Below, one piece after another: positions 40,276 through 53,917 of a stretch of 64,000 nucleotides of DNA. Origin of the DNA: Eledone cirrhosa (lineage: Eukaryota); contig OZ024741.1 of assembly GCA_964016885.1 (NCBI GenBank), positions 200,880,001 through 200,944,000 of the forward strand, read 5' to 3'. The translations under genes were made by a program, and so were the position numbers. The notes under the pieces are model-generated. The model had not been told where the DNA came from, ran no database searches, and saw only the letters and a list, made by a program, of their open reading frames with translations. How positions within the stretch are numbered: the stretch's first letter is position 1; every line of letters begins with the position of its first letter.

Positions 40276-41580
40276 TCTTAGGCACAATAGCCCAAACGTT
40301 GAGTTGCCAGTTTGCTGGTGTGAAGTTTTAGAGAGAAACATCTTCCATCAGTATGGAATACTAGTCTAATCCAAGTAACAATTACTGATGATATGGCACA
40401 GATTCCCATATGCAGCGAACTAGTAGAAGTGTTAGAGAACCAAACGGAATGCCTTGTAGTATTTATTCCAGCTCCCTTGTTCTTAGTATAAATGTCAATT
40501 AAGTCAACTCTGTGTTTTATTCTTCTGTGGTCGATAAATAAAGTTCCAATTGAGGATGGTAGGCTAGCAGAATCGTTAGAGAATCGGATAGAATACCTTG
40601 CGGCATTGGTTTCCGACTCTTAGTTCACAGTTCAAATCCTGCCGTGAGTGGTAGACTTAATCGGTCGCCCGGTTTAGCACCACAATCTAGCCCTTCAGTA
40701 CTTTTAGCGGGTCCATTCTGTCGCAAACATTCAAACCAGACCTTGAAATTAAATTCTTTGTTGTTAAATTGACACTTATTACGCACCTTGTTATGTAAAC
40801 AATATAGTCACTGTTGATTTGTTCAAGAACTGCAAATAAAATAGGTTATTACGTCCCTTGTCACAACAATTTAAAATGAAATACCTTATTACATTCCTTG
40901 TTGTAGAAATAACTTAGAAGTTTTAATCTTTTGAAATATCCATATGTTGAAGAGTTGCTGGATTATACTTGACTGCATTTTCTTCATACAGAAAAGCACT
41001 CTGGGAAATGTTTAACTTGCTAGATAATTATTTACACATCAAAAAACTTCAAGACATTTTGCCGTCCGATAGTTATGTATCGAATCAGCTTCGGTGACGT
41101 AGTTTAAAGACGACAACATGGCTAGAATATAGCTCTCAAATACCAGACACAAATATAAGGCTTATCTTCATTTAATTTAAATTTAAAATTCGGAGTTTTC
41201 TCTTTTTACCCTTTTAAGATGAATTTCCTTTAATTACTGAATTTTCTACGTGTTCTTGGTATTATTTCAATGTATGTGTCTCTTAATATACATATTAATA
41301 GGTTTGTTCGTTTATTTGAAACACGATTGTAAATTACTCACACACATACATACCTATAAGTAACAATTATATCCATGAATAACAATTTAGATTTTTTTTT
41401 CTATTTACAAATATTTCCATTTGAATATTTGAAAATCCCGTTTCTCTTGAGGCTCCAGTTAATTTAACTATCAATCTTTCTACTTTTCATTTGTTTGAAG
41501 AGTTCAACTGAGTGAAACAAATCGTCTTCTGTCGCCAACTGATTTTACTAATAAATAATCCCATACAAATACTCACGCAC

Positions 41581-41670
<90 letters not shown>

Positions 41671-42021
41671 GTAGACACACACATTGGTAGAGAGTAAGAG
41701 GGAAAGAAGGAGAGACATGTATAAATATAGGTATATCGGCAGATATAGAAGGAGAGATATGTATATTGTATAGATTCTTTTTTCTTTTTATTTCTCTATA
41801 GAGAGGGACACTTATAGGCGTATGGAGACTTCTCTCACACTCTATTACACCTCCTCGCTCTCACTGTACCACATACACATATACACACTATCTTTTCATT
41901 TCCCCCATCACCCTCTCTTTTCCCATTTTTCATTCTATATTTTGCCCGCTGAAGTCTGTTTTATAAAAAGAGGAGCAATAGGAGATATATGCATGGATTC
42001 TCTCTCTCTCTCTCCCTCTCC

Positions 42022-42107
<86 letters not shown>

Positions 42108-42443
42108 AATATATATATGGGGCTCGCTAAAGTAATTTCAGCGACCTTCGTAAACTAATGTGTACAATTTCTCCCAGTTTGGCGGACTAACTTCCTGTAT
42201 CAGTTGAACAGTTCTTTTTTATATTCGTGGTTTGATTGTGTATTTGCAACTCTGTCCTTGTGTATAAATGTTTTGAACTGGCGGAGAGGTTTTTTGGTGG
42301 GAATTCCAGATTTTCAATTTAACCCACCAAAGGTGTTTTCTCAACAGCAGCCTTCCTCTTTTTTAGAGGTCAAATGTCACAACAGCACCGAACTGTTAGA
42401 ATTGGTCGTGGTCACTTGAAGACCATTATGTTGGGATGAGCTT

Positions 42444-42572
42444 CCCCTACTGATGAGGTGCAGCATAATCTTATTACGTAAGATCTGCTGGTGTTAGGCA
42501 ATTGTCTACATCTAACACTTTTAAAGACAACTGTTGTAGGCTGAATGCTCTGCTGAAAAGGTACCGTCCGGC
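42444..42572 (+). ncRNA. Degenerate hammerhead with large branched stem II
   Basis: CUGAUGA (42450)-GGUGCAGCAU...AUGCUCUGCU-GAAA-AGGUACCG-UC; stem I and stem III mismatched. Confidence 0.5.
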
Positions 42573-42722
42573 ATTTTGATATGCTATTTTACTTATTGAT
42601 TAACTATAAGTGTGCACTCCGACAATTCGTTTGCATTTTCTCAATTGTAAGCCTATTAGTTTATGGAGGGAGGGAGTGGTGGCCGGGGTTCGCTGAAGTA
42701 AATTTGGTTACCTTCATAATCT

Positions 42723-42825
<103 letters not shown>

Positions 42826-42877
42826 TTAATATATAAGGAAATAAAGAATCAGTATTGTATCATATACATATTTCATT

Positions 42878-42969
42878 ACATATTACATATGTTTCACTGT
42901 CGATCATCTCGAGAAACGGTCTATTAATGATCGAACCTGACTCTGGAATCGGAAGCTCCTCAGATATGT
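42878..42969 (-). ncRNA. Type I hammerhead ribozyme (predicted)
   Basis: ACAUAU-CUGAGGA-GCU...AGU-GAAA-CAUAUG-UA/AUAUGU; perfect 6-bp stem I, palindromic stem III, GUA triplet. Confidence 0.78.
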
Positions 42970-43094
42970 TTTACCATGTAGAGTTTACCGTCTGAGAGTG
43001 GTGGAATATTATCTCGGTTCTTTCTTATATGCTACCACAAATTCTGTCATAGTCGTATTTCATCGCATTCAATTGGTTTGTTTTCGGTCGGATC

Positions 43095-43280
43095 ACAGCT
43101 GGGTGTTCTTGCTGTTCCCGGCAAGCATGCCTTTTGAAGTGTTCCAAAAAAGGGGGCTGGACTAACGTTCTTTAATCATCATTGAAAACCCTTCGAGATA
43201 GTACCTAGTGCTCCTATGACAATTGGGACTACATTGATCTCCTGATAGTCCTTTCATCATTTAATTTCACCTTCACCTTT
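43095..43280 (-). mobile_element. R4/Dong 3' fragment (same family as 20005-20820)
   Basis: VVPIVIGALGTISKGFQ...SPAPFFGTLQKACL. Confidence 0.8.
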
Positions 43281-43479
43281 TCTTCATATTATTATTGTTC
43301 AGTTTTTCAAGTTTGTTATATTTTCCCTGCTATTCAACCATTTACATTGAAATTTTGACATCGTTTTGAAGCTAAGTGAGCCAGTATCATTGTGAGCTGG
43401 TTCGTTTAGCTTCACTTGAAGCCCTTAGGGGGCCAAATCTGTGCTTGTTTTTGAAACACGTCCCTCAGTTTTCTGCGAA

Positions 43480-44530
43480 AATTAAGATGGCAAAGAAAAA
43501 TGCTGCGTTCGCTAAACGGAATGGCGGGTTGTCCATAGAGTGGAAAAGCCAAACTTCTGAAACAATAATAGCAGCAGCAGCAACAGTAAAAACAGCAGTA
43601 GCAGCAGCGAGCAAGATTTATCTCGTGAAAACAAAGCGGACTTTACAGCTCTGCCAATGTTTACCACGGTGAATGCCGCCACCCCCACCACAACGACGGT
43701 AGGTGCGGCCAATACTACAGACATCACCACCACCACAACCACCCCGCCACTGAAATAACGGAAACGAAAAGCGAAATTAAAACGATCACGCACGACAACG
43801 ACAACATAAGTGATAAAAACATGAAAAAAAATAATAATATGACCACCATCACAACCACCATCACAATCACCACCAACTACTACGGACATAACTAACAAAG
43901 CCACCGTCACCAAAAAAAGCAGCAGCAGCGGCAGCAGCGGCAGCAGCGGCAGCAGTGGCAGTTGTGACAGCAGCAGCGGCAATGACAACAAGAACGGTAA
44001 AAGCAACAGCAGCAGTTACGACAGCAACAACAGCAACAACAGTTTTTTACGCCGCGACAGCGGTGAAAAATACAGTATATCATGTAATGGATATATCAGA
44101 AAAAAACAAAGTAAATTAGCAGAAGCTATTAAGCTCATCGACTTTCAAAAAAATACAACACACATAAATGTGCTCCTAGAGGTGTTGGCAGACATCGAAA
44201 GATGCACCATTACCTATAGATGTGTAGACATCAAGTCCAGAAAAACAGCTCGCCCCACGATCTGAGGTGAAGGTAACTTCTAAGAACTTGATGCTAGACA
44301 TTAAACAAGTGGAAAAGGACGGGAGGTAGGGTTGCATCGCGGTACTTTTCCAGGAAAAACTCAGTCTGTCCAGTGCAATCCAAGGACCATATACTGTCCC
44401 GTTCCCACATGGGAAGAAAGACACTAACCGTTCGAATAGCTGGGATCCCGAGAAGAATGAATATCTGGTGAGTCCCAGCTAGCATTGGGCTGGAGGACGA
44501 GTACTCTCTCCTGGAAGTGACAATAGAGGG
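43480..44530 (+). mobile_element. Decayed Tx1 ORF1-like 5' region
   Basis: CAG/CAA/CAC-rich start and GTGAA(T/C)GCCGCC as at 24300-25250; ORF1-like remnants at 44080-44520. Confidence 0.5.
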
Positions 44531-44719
44531 AAAAAATAATTATCAGCAAATAAATGTTCTAAACTAAAATTTGATCGTTTTAACACTTTGTATCTCGGCT
44601 CTGTAAAACACTTGAAAATTTGCATTGAGCCTTTTGTCATACCGGTAACCGGCTAGTACTTAGTACTACCCTACATATTTATAGTTATATCAAACATATA
44701 TAAATATAAATATTCTTAT

Positions 44720-44792
<73 letters not shown>

Positions 44793-44801
<9 letters not shown>

Positions 44802-45116
44802 GGAATGTAGATCTAACAACTCCTTTGTTAACTTCGGTGGAAAGTTCTTTTTTTTAATCCTGGTTAACTTTCTAGAGAACTTTCTCACATTCGTCGGTGG
44901 TCGATTGTCAAGCTGATCTTAAGTTCTAAAGTGTTGGTGTATATATAAAGAATTTGAGTGTGACTGGGGAACACACCAACACATTACAACTTGAGATAGT
45001 TTGACAATCGTCACTGACGAATGTGACAAGGTTCTCCAAAAAGTTAATCAGGATTTAGAAAAAACTTTCCACCGAAGTTAACAAAGAACTTATTAGATCT
45101 ACATAGCAAAATTATA
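44793..45116. repeat. Long imperfect inverted repeat (~145-bp arms, 32-nt spacer)
   Basis: 44793-44940 is complementary to 44973-45116 (e.g. CTTTGTTAACTTCGGTGGAAAGTT / AACTTTCCACCGAAGTTAACAAAG). Confidence 0.92.
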
Positions 45117-45220
45117 AAGTTATAAAATTAAATTGTTTTAGAATTACGACTACAAGTGAAGTAACTGTTTTTCTTTTTTCAAATATACCTAATTGTACCA
45201 AGGATCTCACGCATTTTACA

Positions 45221-45282
<62 letters not shown>

Positions 45283-45555
45283 GAAACTTACACATATGTA
45301 TGCAGCTATGCCGAGGGTAAATTTTAATTCTACTTTTAAAGTGAACCAACTTACACAGGTTCATATGGAAATGAGGCTAATCAATCCGCCTACACAGGGG
45401 AAGTAAGTATATATTTTCGCCTGTTGCAAGCTCTTGCAGAAAGTAGGGGGCACTGATGAGTGCCAGAGCTCGAAATGCATAGACAGTTATCCGCCGTTGC
45501 TTTCGCTGGAATCCGCTAGACGGCGCTGGCCGTCAGCCTTTCAATTCATAGGTGG

Positions 45556-45720
45556 GCTATTTCTGGACTAAAACTGACTTTTAGTCCAGAAATAGCCGTC
45601 GAAACGGCTTGAACTCTGCCGTCGGGGTCATACTTCTCCTATTACCCACTCTACTACCCTAAGTATTGAGTACTCTGGTGCCTTATGGTCCATCTGGTTC
45701 CTTACCACAACTCCTCCGTT
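45556..45720 (+). mobile_element. pLTR-like family A, copy 2
   Basis: 19-bp hairpin GGCTATTTCTGGACTAAAA / TTTTAGTCCAGAAATAGCC, then GTCGAAACGGC...GCCGTCGGGGTC and the shared tail into (TA)n. Confidence 0.78.
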
Positions 45721-45769
45721 ATATATATATATATATATATGTATGTATATATATATGTATATATATATA

Positions 45770-46312
45770 TACTTGAGGATGGTTATATTTGTGTAATATT
45801 GCCAGAATTAATAACAGAACACACTCACTGTTTGGTTGATTTTCGCTTCTATGTCTTTTATATCGGTTAATTTAATTTATTCGGTCCTCAATGTTGCCAT
45901 TGACTGACCAGCGGTCAAAAATACAGATACAATATAGACACAAACACATATATATAGTCTAACAAAGTTCTTTCGTTGCACATCTGCAACATCGTCAGTG
46001 GTGCTATTATGTTTCCTCCTGTTGTATCGTATGCCTACGCCATCTTTATTTAGTCTGTTTATTTTTTTTTGTCTTCTCTGCGCATGCGTTTGTGTGTGTG
46101 AATAGTGTTTGATGTGTGTTCGTGTTTGGGTGACTGTGTATTGGTTATTGTATTCTATCTTAGTTTACTAGTGTGTGTTTGTTGTTATTGTGCTTGTGTA
46201 TGTATTTATTTATTTATTTATACTTCTCTTAGGTCAGTATTGTTTTGTTTGTTGTTATTCCATTCATTTTTTTCTGTTTAGCCTGGCCTTCTAAGTTGTA
46301 TTACGCTGGCCT
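45770..46312 (-). mobile_element. pLTR-like family B, copy 2, hammerhead variant at 45954-46007
   Basis: Reverse complement of 19262-19870; stem II GUUGCA/UGCAAC is perfect. Confidence 0.78.
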
Positions 46313-46336
46313 ATGTTTAAATATTATTCTAATTGC

Positions 46337-46470
46337 TATAGCCGTCGAAACGGCTTGAGCTCTGCCGTCGAGGTCATACTTTTTCCTTTTTACCCACTCT
46401 ACTACCCTAAGTATTGAGTACTCTGGTGCCTTATGGCCCATCTTGTTCCTTAACACAATTCCTTCGTTAT
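46337..46470 (+). mobile_element. pLTR-like family A, copy 3 (5'-truncated)
   Basis: TAGCCGTCGAAACGGCTTGAGCTCTGCCGTCG plus shared tail into (TA)n. Confidence 0.78.
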
Positions 46471-46584
46471 TATATATATATATATAGTTGATAAATGAAA
46501 CAAAACGAAACACAGGAAGCAAAATTACACAGTTATATTATGTTCACGCTTGTTCTTTTTATAAAGATCTATATGTCAATATAA

Positions 46585-46880
46585 AGCGGTGAATTGGCTG
46601 AGTCGTTAGAATGTCGGATAGAATTCTTTACGCCATTCGGTCAGGCTCTCTGTTCTTTGAGTTCAGTTTCCACCAAGGTCATTCGATAAAAAAAGTACCA
46701 GTCAAGTACTGAGGTCGATTCTTCCTCTATATCTCTTTCCCACATCCATTCTCTCCCTGTCTATCCTTCTCTGTAAGAAATTTGTAATACTCAGCCCTGG
46801 AGAGAAGATGGGCTTCGCCAGATTTTAAAAATGCACTAGATACGCTATATGGCACCCTTATGACTCCCTCGGGAGTTACT
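46585..46880 (+). mobile_element. Older SINE with long-tail variant
   Basis: Head GCGGTGAATTGGCTGAGTCGTTAGA; tail resembles 1510-1610. Confidence 0.6.
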
Positions 46881-49089
46881 GAGGCATGCATGCATATATA
46901 TAAATAAGACTGTTATTGCTCCAATCAGTCCACAAACACTCACAAACACCCAAAACCGAACGCCAGCCTGTACTCATGGCTCCTGCCAAACCAAACCATA
47001 CTCACCCTTCAAATTCGGCAAACCAAATGCAGACCACCCATCTTCTCAAACTCACAATGCACAATTGGACCGCAACAACCCCAAATAGGGAAGACAGATG
47101 TTATCAAGCTGCAACTGTCATATTAGGCAGTTTCTAGATAATAAAGCCAAAAAGCTATTATTTGCAGCGACTCGAACCCAGTGCGTAATAGGCCGTGTGT
47201 CCACCTCCTCCCGTTGTCTCTTGACTTTAGTAGTGTGCGCATGCGCAGAGATGTCATAAAATATCTTATAAAATAGAGTGAAGACCTTTAATGATGGAAA
47301 AAGTAATTGCCATCGGTCACCTACATATGTACGGAGCTAGTATTTATAAGATTCGTACTAATCATCTGCTTGCTTCAAATGTTTCGTTTGACTGTTTTTT
47401 TTTTTTTTTTTTTTTTTTCAAGTATTAGCTTGCATTAACCTTTATGTTCATCATACAGAAGGCAACTCCGGGAAATTTTGCAATGTCATTTTGAAATATT
47501 GGCAGAATCATTATATCACTCGTCAAAATGCTTTGAGGCATTTAGTTACGCGATCTAATTCTGTTAAGGTCAACTTTGCAATCTATCCTTTCAGGGGTCG
47601 AAAAAATCAAGTAACAGTCATGTACTGGGTTTAGATAATCGAATTTTGGTCTTGTTTCAATGTAAGAACGAATTATTTGAAATTACCTACTCAGTGAATT
47701 ATTTTACAGCAAAATAATTACTCCTCAAGTAATTCTGCTACGTTTTGAGTATGCTTCACTGATGAGGTCTAATAAAACCGAAACTTTCCAACTACCCGCG
47801 TTCAGGCTTACTCTACATATCTCTAATTGTTAGTCAATTTCAAAATCAGAGTTCTCTTCTTTTCATTAGCACTAAAGATTGTTCTTCGCATTATGGTTAA
47901 CATTTCAATTCATTAACGTTCTTTTTTGCTCACTACTTTAAGTATTATAGCTCTCACTTAACTATTTGTCCTTCAAGCTTCAGTCACTTTTGGACAAGTT
48001 TCTATTGTTATTATCGACTATCTATCAATTTATCTATCCATACTTATACCAATCTCAAGTATGTATGTTTGTGCGTGTTTGTGTCTGAACCTATATATAC
48101 TTTTGTGACTGTGCGTGTGTGTACGTATGTAAATAAATATATATATAAAGGAAACACTCCTCATATCAACATAAGTGGTCTATGTACTGACAAGTTAGTA
48201 TACAAAAGCTTTGTAAATATGAAGTGAAGCCTCTTTTTTATCTGTGATAAATTCATTACAAGTAAATACCTCCACATCCAAGAGATTATTACAAGAGATA
48301 TCAACCAAATTGTTGATAAATAAAGGAAACAAATACTCACAATCAAGTTCAAGTTCAACATGTCCGTTGTGCCACCCTAGTAGAGGAAATGTTGCTCTAG
48401 GTACCAGCAGGCAAATTCCAAAAGGTTATGCGCATGATACTAACTTTTCAAGAGGCATGACATAATAGATATACTCTCTCTACACGACTGCTTGTAGGTA
48501 CGATTTCCCAAGAAATTTTACCAACACCACTATAGTTACGGAATGTATCTAATATTTTACTGGTGAAATGATATCTAATAGAAAGCACACTAGCATAATG
48601 AGGTTGTTTTATACACCGCAATGGTGCCGCTGCTATGCATACAAGTGTTCGGTACCACATTTAAATAAAAGTGAGCGGATTAATACGTAAACATTCCCTA
48701 TTTAACATCCTACAACAACAAACTCAACAAAACAGTATCATCCTTTGAAGTTCTATCGTTACTACAATGTTCTCTCCTTTTCGATACTAACAAAATGTGT
48801 ACCATCGCGCCTAAACACCCTGGGTACACTACCCCTCCTCCTCTCGTCATGCCTACTGATGTCCACACACTTTAATCTGCAGTATTTAAATTCAACCATC
48901 AACCACATGGACCTCTCCAATGTGAAAAAGACTGCAAAAACTATGGAAATTGCTGCTTTTTTCGTATTAAACCATTTGTTGTTTAATTCACACATATTTG
49001 TCGAATCATCTTAGTAACATGTAAATATCTCAATTAAATTTTCATATGCAAAATATCTAAGATGAAATAATCAATACATGCAGTTATTA

Positions 49090-50253
49090 CATGCAGAAAT
49101 TTTGGAACGTTTTACATATTTTTACTGTCCCATTAATGGATTAATAGCTGTAATTTCCTAATTAGCTGTTTTCTTTCTGGTTCTGTGAAGCCCAGCTTTT
49201 CAAGATTTGTACTGAGGCAGCTACTAACATATCCCAGTGCCCCAATAATCACAGGTATAAATCTAAATGTATAGTCAGGGTGGAGTATCTGCAGATTCCT
49301 CATTAGTTCTGCATAGATATTCTCCTTTTCGTTAATCTTTAATATTATATTGACATCTGCTGGGCAGCTAACTTCGACTACTGTGCATGCCTTCTTTTCC
49401 CTGTCCCATATCATTATATCTGGTTTGTTATGCTTGCATTTTATTGGGGAACATTCCACCAGTACTCTTTCATATTATGTATATGTATGTCTTCCACATT
49501 GCTGTAATTTTTAATATGTTCATTGTCGGGGTTATATTTTCTACGGATTGCATTGTACAATGTTTTGACCACTACATCATGCCTCATAGGTAGATAGTAC
49601 CGTGATGAATTCTTTGAACAGCTGCTTATGACATGGGTGACATCTTCGATGTTAATTCTGTAGAGTCTGCATTTGTTGTCACATTTAGGTGTTTTGCCAG
49701 CAACCCTATCTCTTTTGTGAATCAGGTATTTCGTATTGATTTCCTGTTCTTGGATTGCAAATACATATCCTTGAAAATGGGAGCCAATTGGTCCGTGATA
49801 GACTACTTTTCTTATCAGTATTACTCCCTTTCTGGAGCTTCCTGGTAACATATGTATGCATGATGTTTCGCTGATAAGCATGCAGCTTTTCATCCATGGA
49901 TTCACTGCGGTATTGCTGGGCAATTTCCCTGGGTGTGAGTTTTTGATTATCATGCAGGGAGTATCTTTCAAGGTGTTCCTTTCCAACTCTCATGACCTTA
50001 TCTCTCTCATGCAGACAGACGCTCAATCGATTGGCTCATACGCGTGGAAATTTGTAGATGTTATCGGAGGAATATGATGCGACATTCAAATGCTGTCTGG
50101 ACTGATGTTAGGCCTCTGTCTCCCTGCTTACGTTTCAAGTAGAAGTTGTCTATTTCACTATTGATGTGGAGGTTTCCGGTATTGTTTAAAATTTTTCGGA
50201 GTTTAACATTAATTGCTCGGATTTCGTCTATCGTCCAATCGAGTATTCCAAAC
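49090..50253 (-). mobile_element. R4/Dong-clade (RLE) retrotransposon, 3' portion, second family
   Basis: FAIQEQEINT, CRL...EDVTHVISSC, RHD, HNKPDIMIWD, VEVSCP, PVIIGALG. Confidence 0.9.
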
Positions 50254-50578
50254 TATGTATGCATGTATGTATGTATGTATGTATGTATGTATGTATGTAT
50301 GTATGTATGTATGTATGTATGTATGTATGTATGTATGCATGCATGTATGTATGTATGTATGTATGTATGTATGTATGTATGTATGCATGTGTGCATGTAT
50401 GTATGTATGTATGTATGTATGTATGTATGTATGTATGTATGTATGTATGTATGCATGTGTGCATGTATGTATGTATGTATGTATGTATGTATGTATGTAT
50501 GTATGTATGTATGTATGTATGTATGTATGTATGCATGTGTGCATGTATGTATGTATGTATGTATGTATGTATGTATGT
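50254..50578. repeat. (TATG)n microsatellite with GCATGTGTGCAT interruptions
   Basis: Direct reading. Confidence 0.97.
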
Positions 50579-53290
50579 ACAGACAGGATGTGCAGTGTGT
50601 TCGTGTTCTTCGTGGAGTTGAGTGCTGGACGGACCACCGCCTGGTACGCGCAAAAGTGAAACTAATCACCAAACGTAAAATCCGGGCTCCTGGTGTTACC
50701 CTGCCCAAAATGTTGCTCGTCTTAAGGATAAAAATGTGAAGAGGACATTGGAAGAAGAGATGCAGGCTGCAGATCTTGGTGAGGATTGGCCGACCCTTAG
50801 AGAGTCGGTTTATGATGTAGGCAGGCGTGTTCTGGGATTGGTGCAGAGAAAACATCAGGACTGGTTTAATGAGAATGATGTACATATAGAAGACTTGTTG
50901 GCTGATAAGAGGCGTGCTCTGTCACGCTACTTGACGGCAAAACCACAGGAGAGGAATACGTTGCATGAGGAGCTCAGGGATGTAAAATCACGTGTTAGGC
51001 GGAGTCTTTCTCAGATGAAGGATCAGTGGTGGAGTGAGAAGGCTGGTGAGATACAAACTGCGTCTGATTCCAATAACACAAAGCTGTTGTACAGTCTCTT
51101 GCGTGAGGTTTATGGACCGTCTTCTTCTCTGGTGACACCGCTTCGCAGCAAGGATGGCAAAGAACTTCTTCGTGACTCACAGGGAGTTCTACGAAGGTGG
51201 CGAGAGCACCTTGATGATCTTTTGAATCAGCCGTCTGTCGTCAGTGAAGATTTCCTCAATCTCATTCCAGAAAGTCCTGTGAAAGTAGCTCTCGCAGAAC
51301 CTCCGACGCTTGTGGAGGTTGCAGTGGCTATTTCGAAGCCGAACAGTGGAAGATCTCCAGGTATGGATAGCATACATGCTGAGCTCCTACAATATGGTGG
51401 TGAGAGACTCCTGCAACATCTTCACTCTTTGTTTGGAAGGATATGGGCTAATGAATCCGTACCTGAGGACTGGAGAGATGCAGTAATGGTGGTCTTGTAC
51501 AATGGAAAGAGTAACAGGAATGATTGTGGGAACTACAGATGTATATCATTGCTTTCTGTCGTAGGGAAAGTTTTATGTAGGGTGCTTCTGGACCGTCTGC
51601 TGACACACATTGCAGATTGTGTTCTTCCTGAAAGTCAATTTGGTTTTCGTGCTGGACGCGGCACTACTGATATGATCTTCTCAGCTAGACAGCTCCAGGA
51701 GAAGTGCATTGAACAAGGCTTGGATCTGTATCAGGTTTTTGTCGATCTGACAAAGGCTTTCGATACTGTCAACAGAGATGCATTATGGAAGGTTCTCCAG
51801 AAACTTGGTTGCCCTGATAAGTTCCTTGCTTTAGTTAGGTCTTTCCATGACGACATGTAGGCTTGGGTTAATGTCGGAGGTAACATGTCGGAGCCTATCT
51901 CAGTAAAAAATGGAGTGAAACAGGGGGATATTCCAGCACCAACCCTGTTTGCCATATACTTTGCAATGGTTTTCTGTATTGCATTCAGGAATTGCGAGCA
52001 TGGTGTTTACATCCGATATCGAACCTCAGGCAGCATATTTAACATCAGGCACTTTGCTGCGAAGACAAAAGTATTTACATCAATCATAAGAGACCTCTTG
52101 TATGCAGATGATTGCGATCTTGTAGCGCACACAGAGAGTGATATGCAACACATTTTGAATGCATTTTCTGACGCTTGCACTGCCCTAGAATTGACTGTCA
52201 GTCTCAAGAAAACCGTCGTCATGTACCAACCTGTCCCTAGTAAGCAGTACACTGAACCAAACATCTATGTGTATGGCAAACGACTTGGAGTGGTTGATCA
52301 GTTTGTCTACCTGGGAAGCACTGTCAATCGATACGGCAACCTTGACAGTGAAATCTCACTTAGGATTAGGAAAGCAAGTGATGCTTTCGGAAAGCTAGAA
52401 AGGCGACTCTGGGGTCGGCGAGACATATGCAGGAGGACAAAGGTAAGGGTGTACAGGGCATGTGTACTCTCTTGTCTTCTTTATGCCTGCGAGACCTGGG
52501 TCACATATCGACACCACCTTAAGCAATTGGAGCGTTTCCATCAGATGTGTCTCAGACGGATCCATGGCGTTCACTGGAGGGACCACATCAGTGATGTCGA
52601 GATTTTGGAAAGCTCTATGTGTGACAGTATAGAAGCTCTTGTGCTTAAGCAACGACTCCGTTGGAGTGGTCACCTTGCCAGGATGAAGGATTCTAGAATA
52701 CCAAAACAACTCTTTTATGGAGAGTTGGTTAAAGGAAAACGACCGCCACATAAACCAAAAAAGAGGTATAAGGATTCCTTGAAAGCCTCTCTGAAAGACG
52801 CTAACATCTCTGCTGATACATGGGAAAATATTGCTGCTGATCGTAATAAATGGAGAAAGACTGTATATGAGGGAAAAGTTGCCTTTGAGGCATCTCGAAT
52901 CGCATACGAGAAAGTAAAGCGGGATGTGAGGAAGGGCATTGCTGTTGCACTTCCAGACGGCGAGGGTCCTCCTATGGTGCTGACATGCAGCGTCTGTGCG
53001 AGACTCTGCCTAAGCAAAGCTGGACTCGAAAGTCATCTTCGCAGTCATAAAGTAAGACCAGTGGTTGACTACCAGGCTGCTGTTGGAGATGCTACTCATC
53101 ATGCTTGCCAAACATGTGGTAGAGAATGTAAATCAGCAGGAGGGCTCAAGCGACATGCAAAAGTACACGAACTCCAACCACAGCCGACTATTCCCAGTGA
53201 ATGTTTTGGTTGCCGACTCTGTGCAAGACATTTTAGATCATTGGCTGGGCTAAAAAGCCACATTCGATCGCAGCACTATTAGTTGCTAAC

Positions 53291-53322
<32 letters not shown>

Positions 53323-53500
53323 GCTTATGTGCGTGCGTGTGTGTGTATATATATATATATGTATATGTATATTATTATTGTTGTTGTCGTTATTATTATT
53401 ATTGCTATTATTATTATTATTATTATTATTGTTATTAATGTATGTGTGTGTGTATATGTGTGTGTATATGTGTATGTATGTGTGTATGTATATATGTATG

Positions 53501-53567
<67 letters not shown>

Positions 53568-53625
53568 TTTTTTTTTTTTTCTTCTCGTGCAATGGCCATA
53601 CTCGATAACGAGGGGGCAGCCATCA
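50579..53625 (+). mobile_element. RTE (BovB-like) LINE, 5'-truncated, relatively young
   Basis: APE end (ECWTDHRLV), full RT, C-terminal C2H2 fingers, 3' end GGCCATACTCGATAACGAGGGGGCAGCCATC then (ATGT)n. Confidence 0.95.
50736..53282 (+). pseudogene. RTE ORF: reverse transcriptase plus three C2H2 zinc fingers; one in-frame TAG at 51858-51860
   Basis: ORFs 50736-51860 and 51885-53282 are in the same frame; QFGFR, FVDLTKAFDTV, GVKQG, YADD, YLGS, LRWSGH. Confidence 0.93.
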
Positions 53626-53917
53626 TGTATGTATGTATGTATGTATGTATGCATGTATGTATGTTCTTCACGTTTTATAATTTCACAAATGTTTGCCAAT
53701 AGAGAGAGAGTCTGTTTCTGACATAGATACAAGACTCCCTCATTCTAATTTACACATCATCTAGGTAGATATGTATGCATGTCTGCATGCATGTGTGTGC
53801 AGGTAAGGATGTTATTGTATGTGTGGATGTGGATGTTTTGAGTTATATGTTTGCATGTGATTTGTATCTGTACAAGTGTATATGCAGAATTTTTGGAATG
53901 TTTTACATATGTATGTA

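Noticed and set aside
45443-45542. Plus-strand CUGAUGA-GUGC(CAGA)GCUC-GAAA...GUC fold; similar case at 47750-47810
   Set aside because: Mismatches at helix bases; counted only as degenerate, not annotated as ribozymes
51885-53282. Host C2H2 zinc-finger gene
   Set aside because: The fingers are in frame with the RTE reverse transcriptase and lack TGEKP linkers
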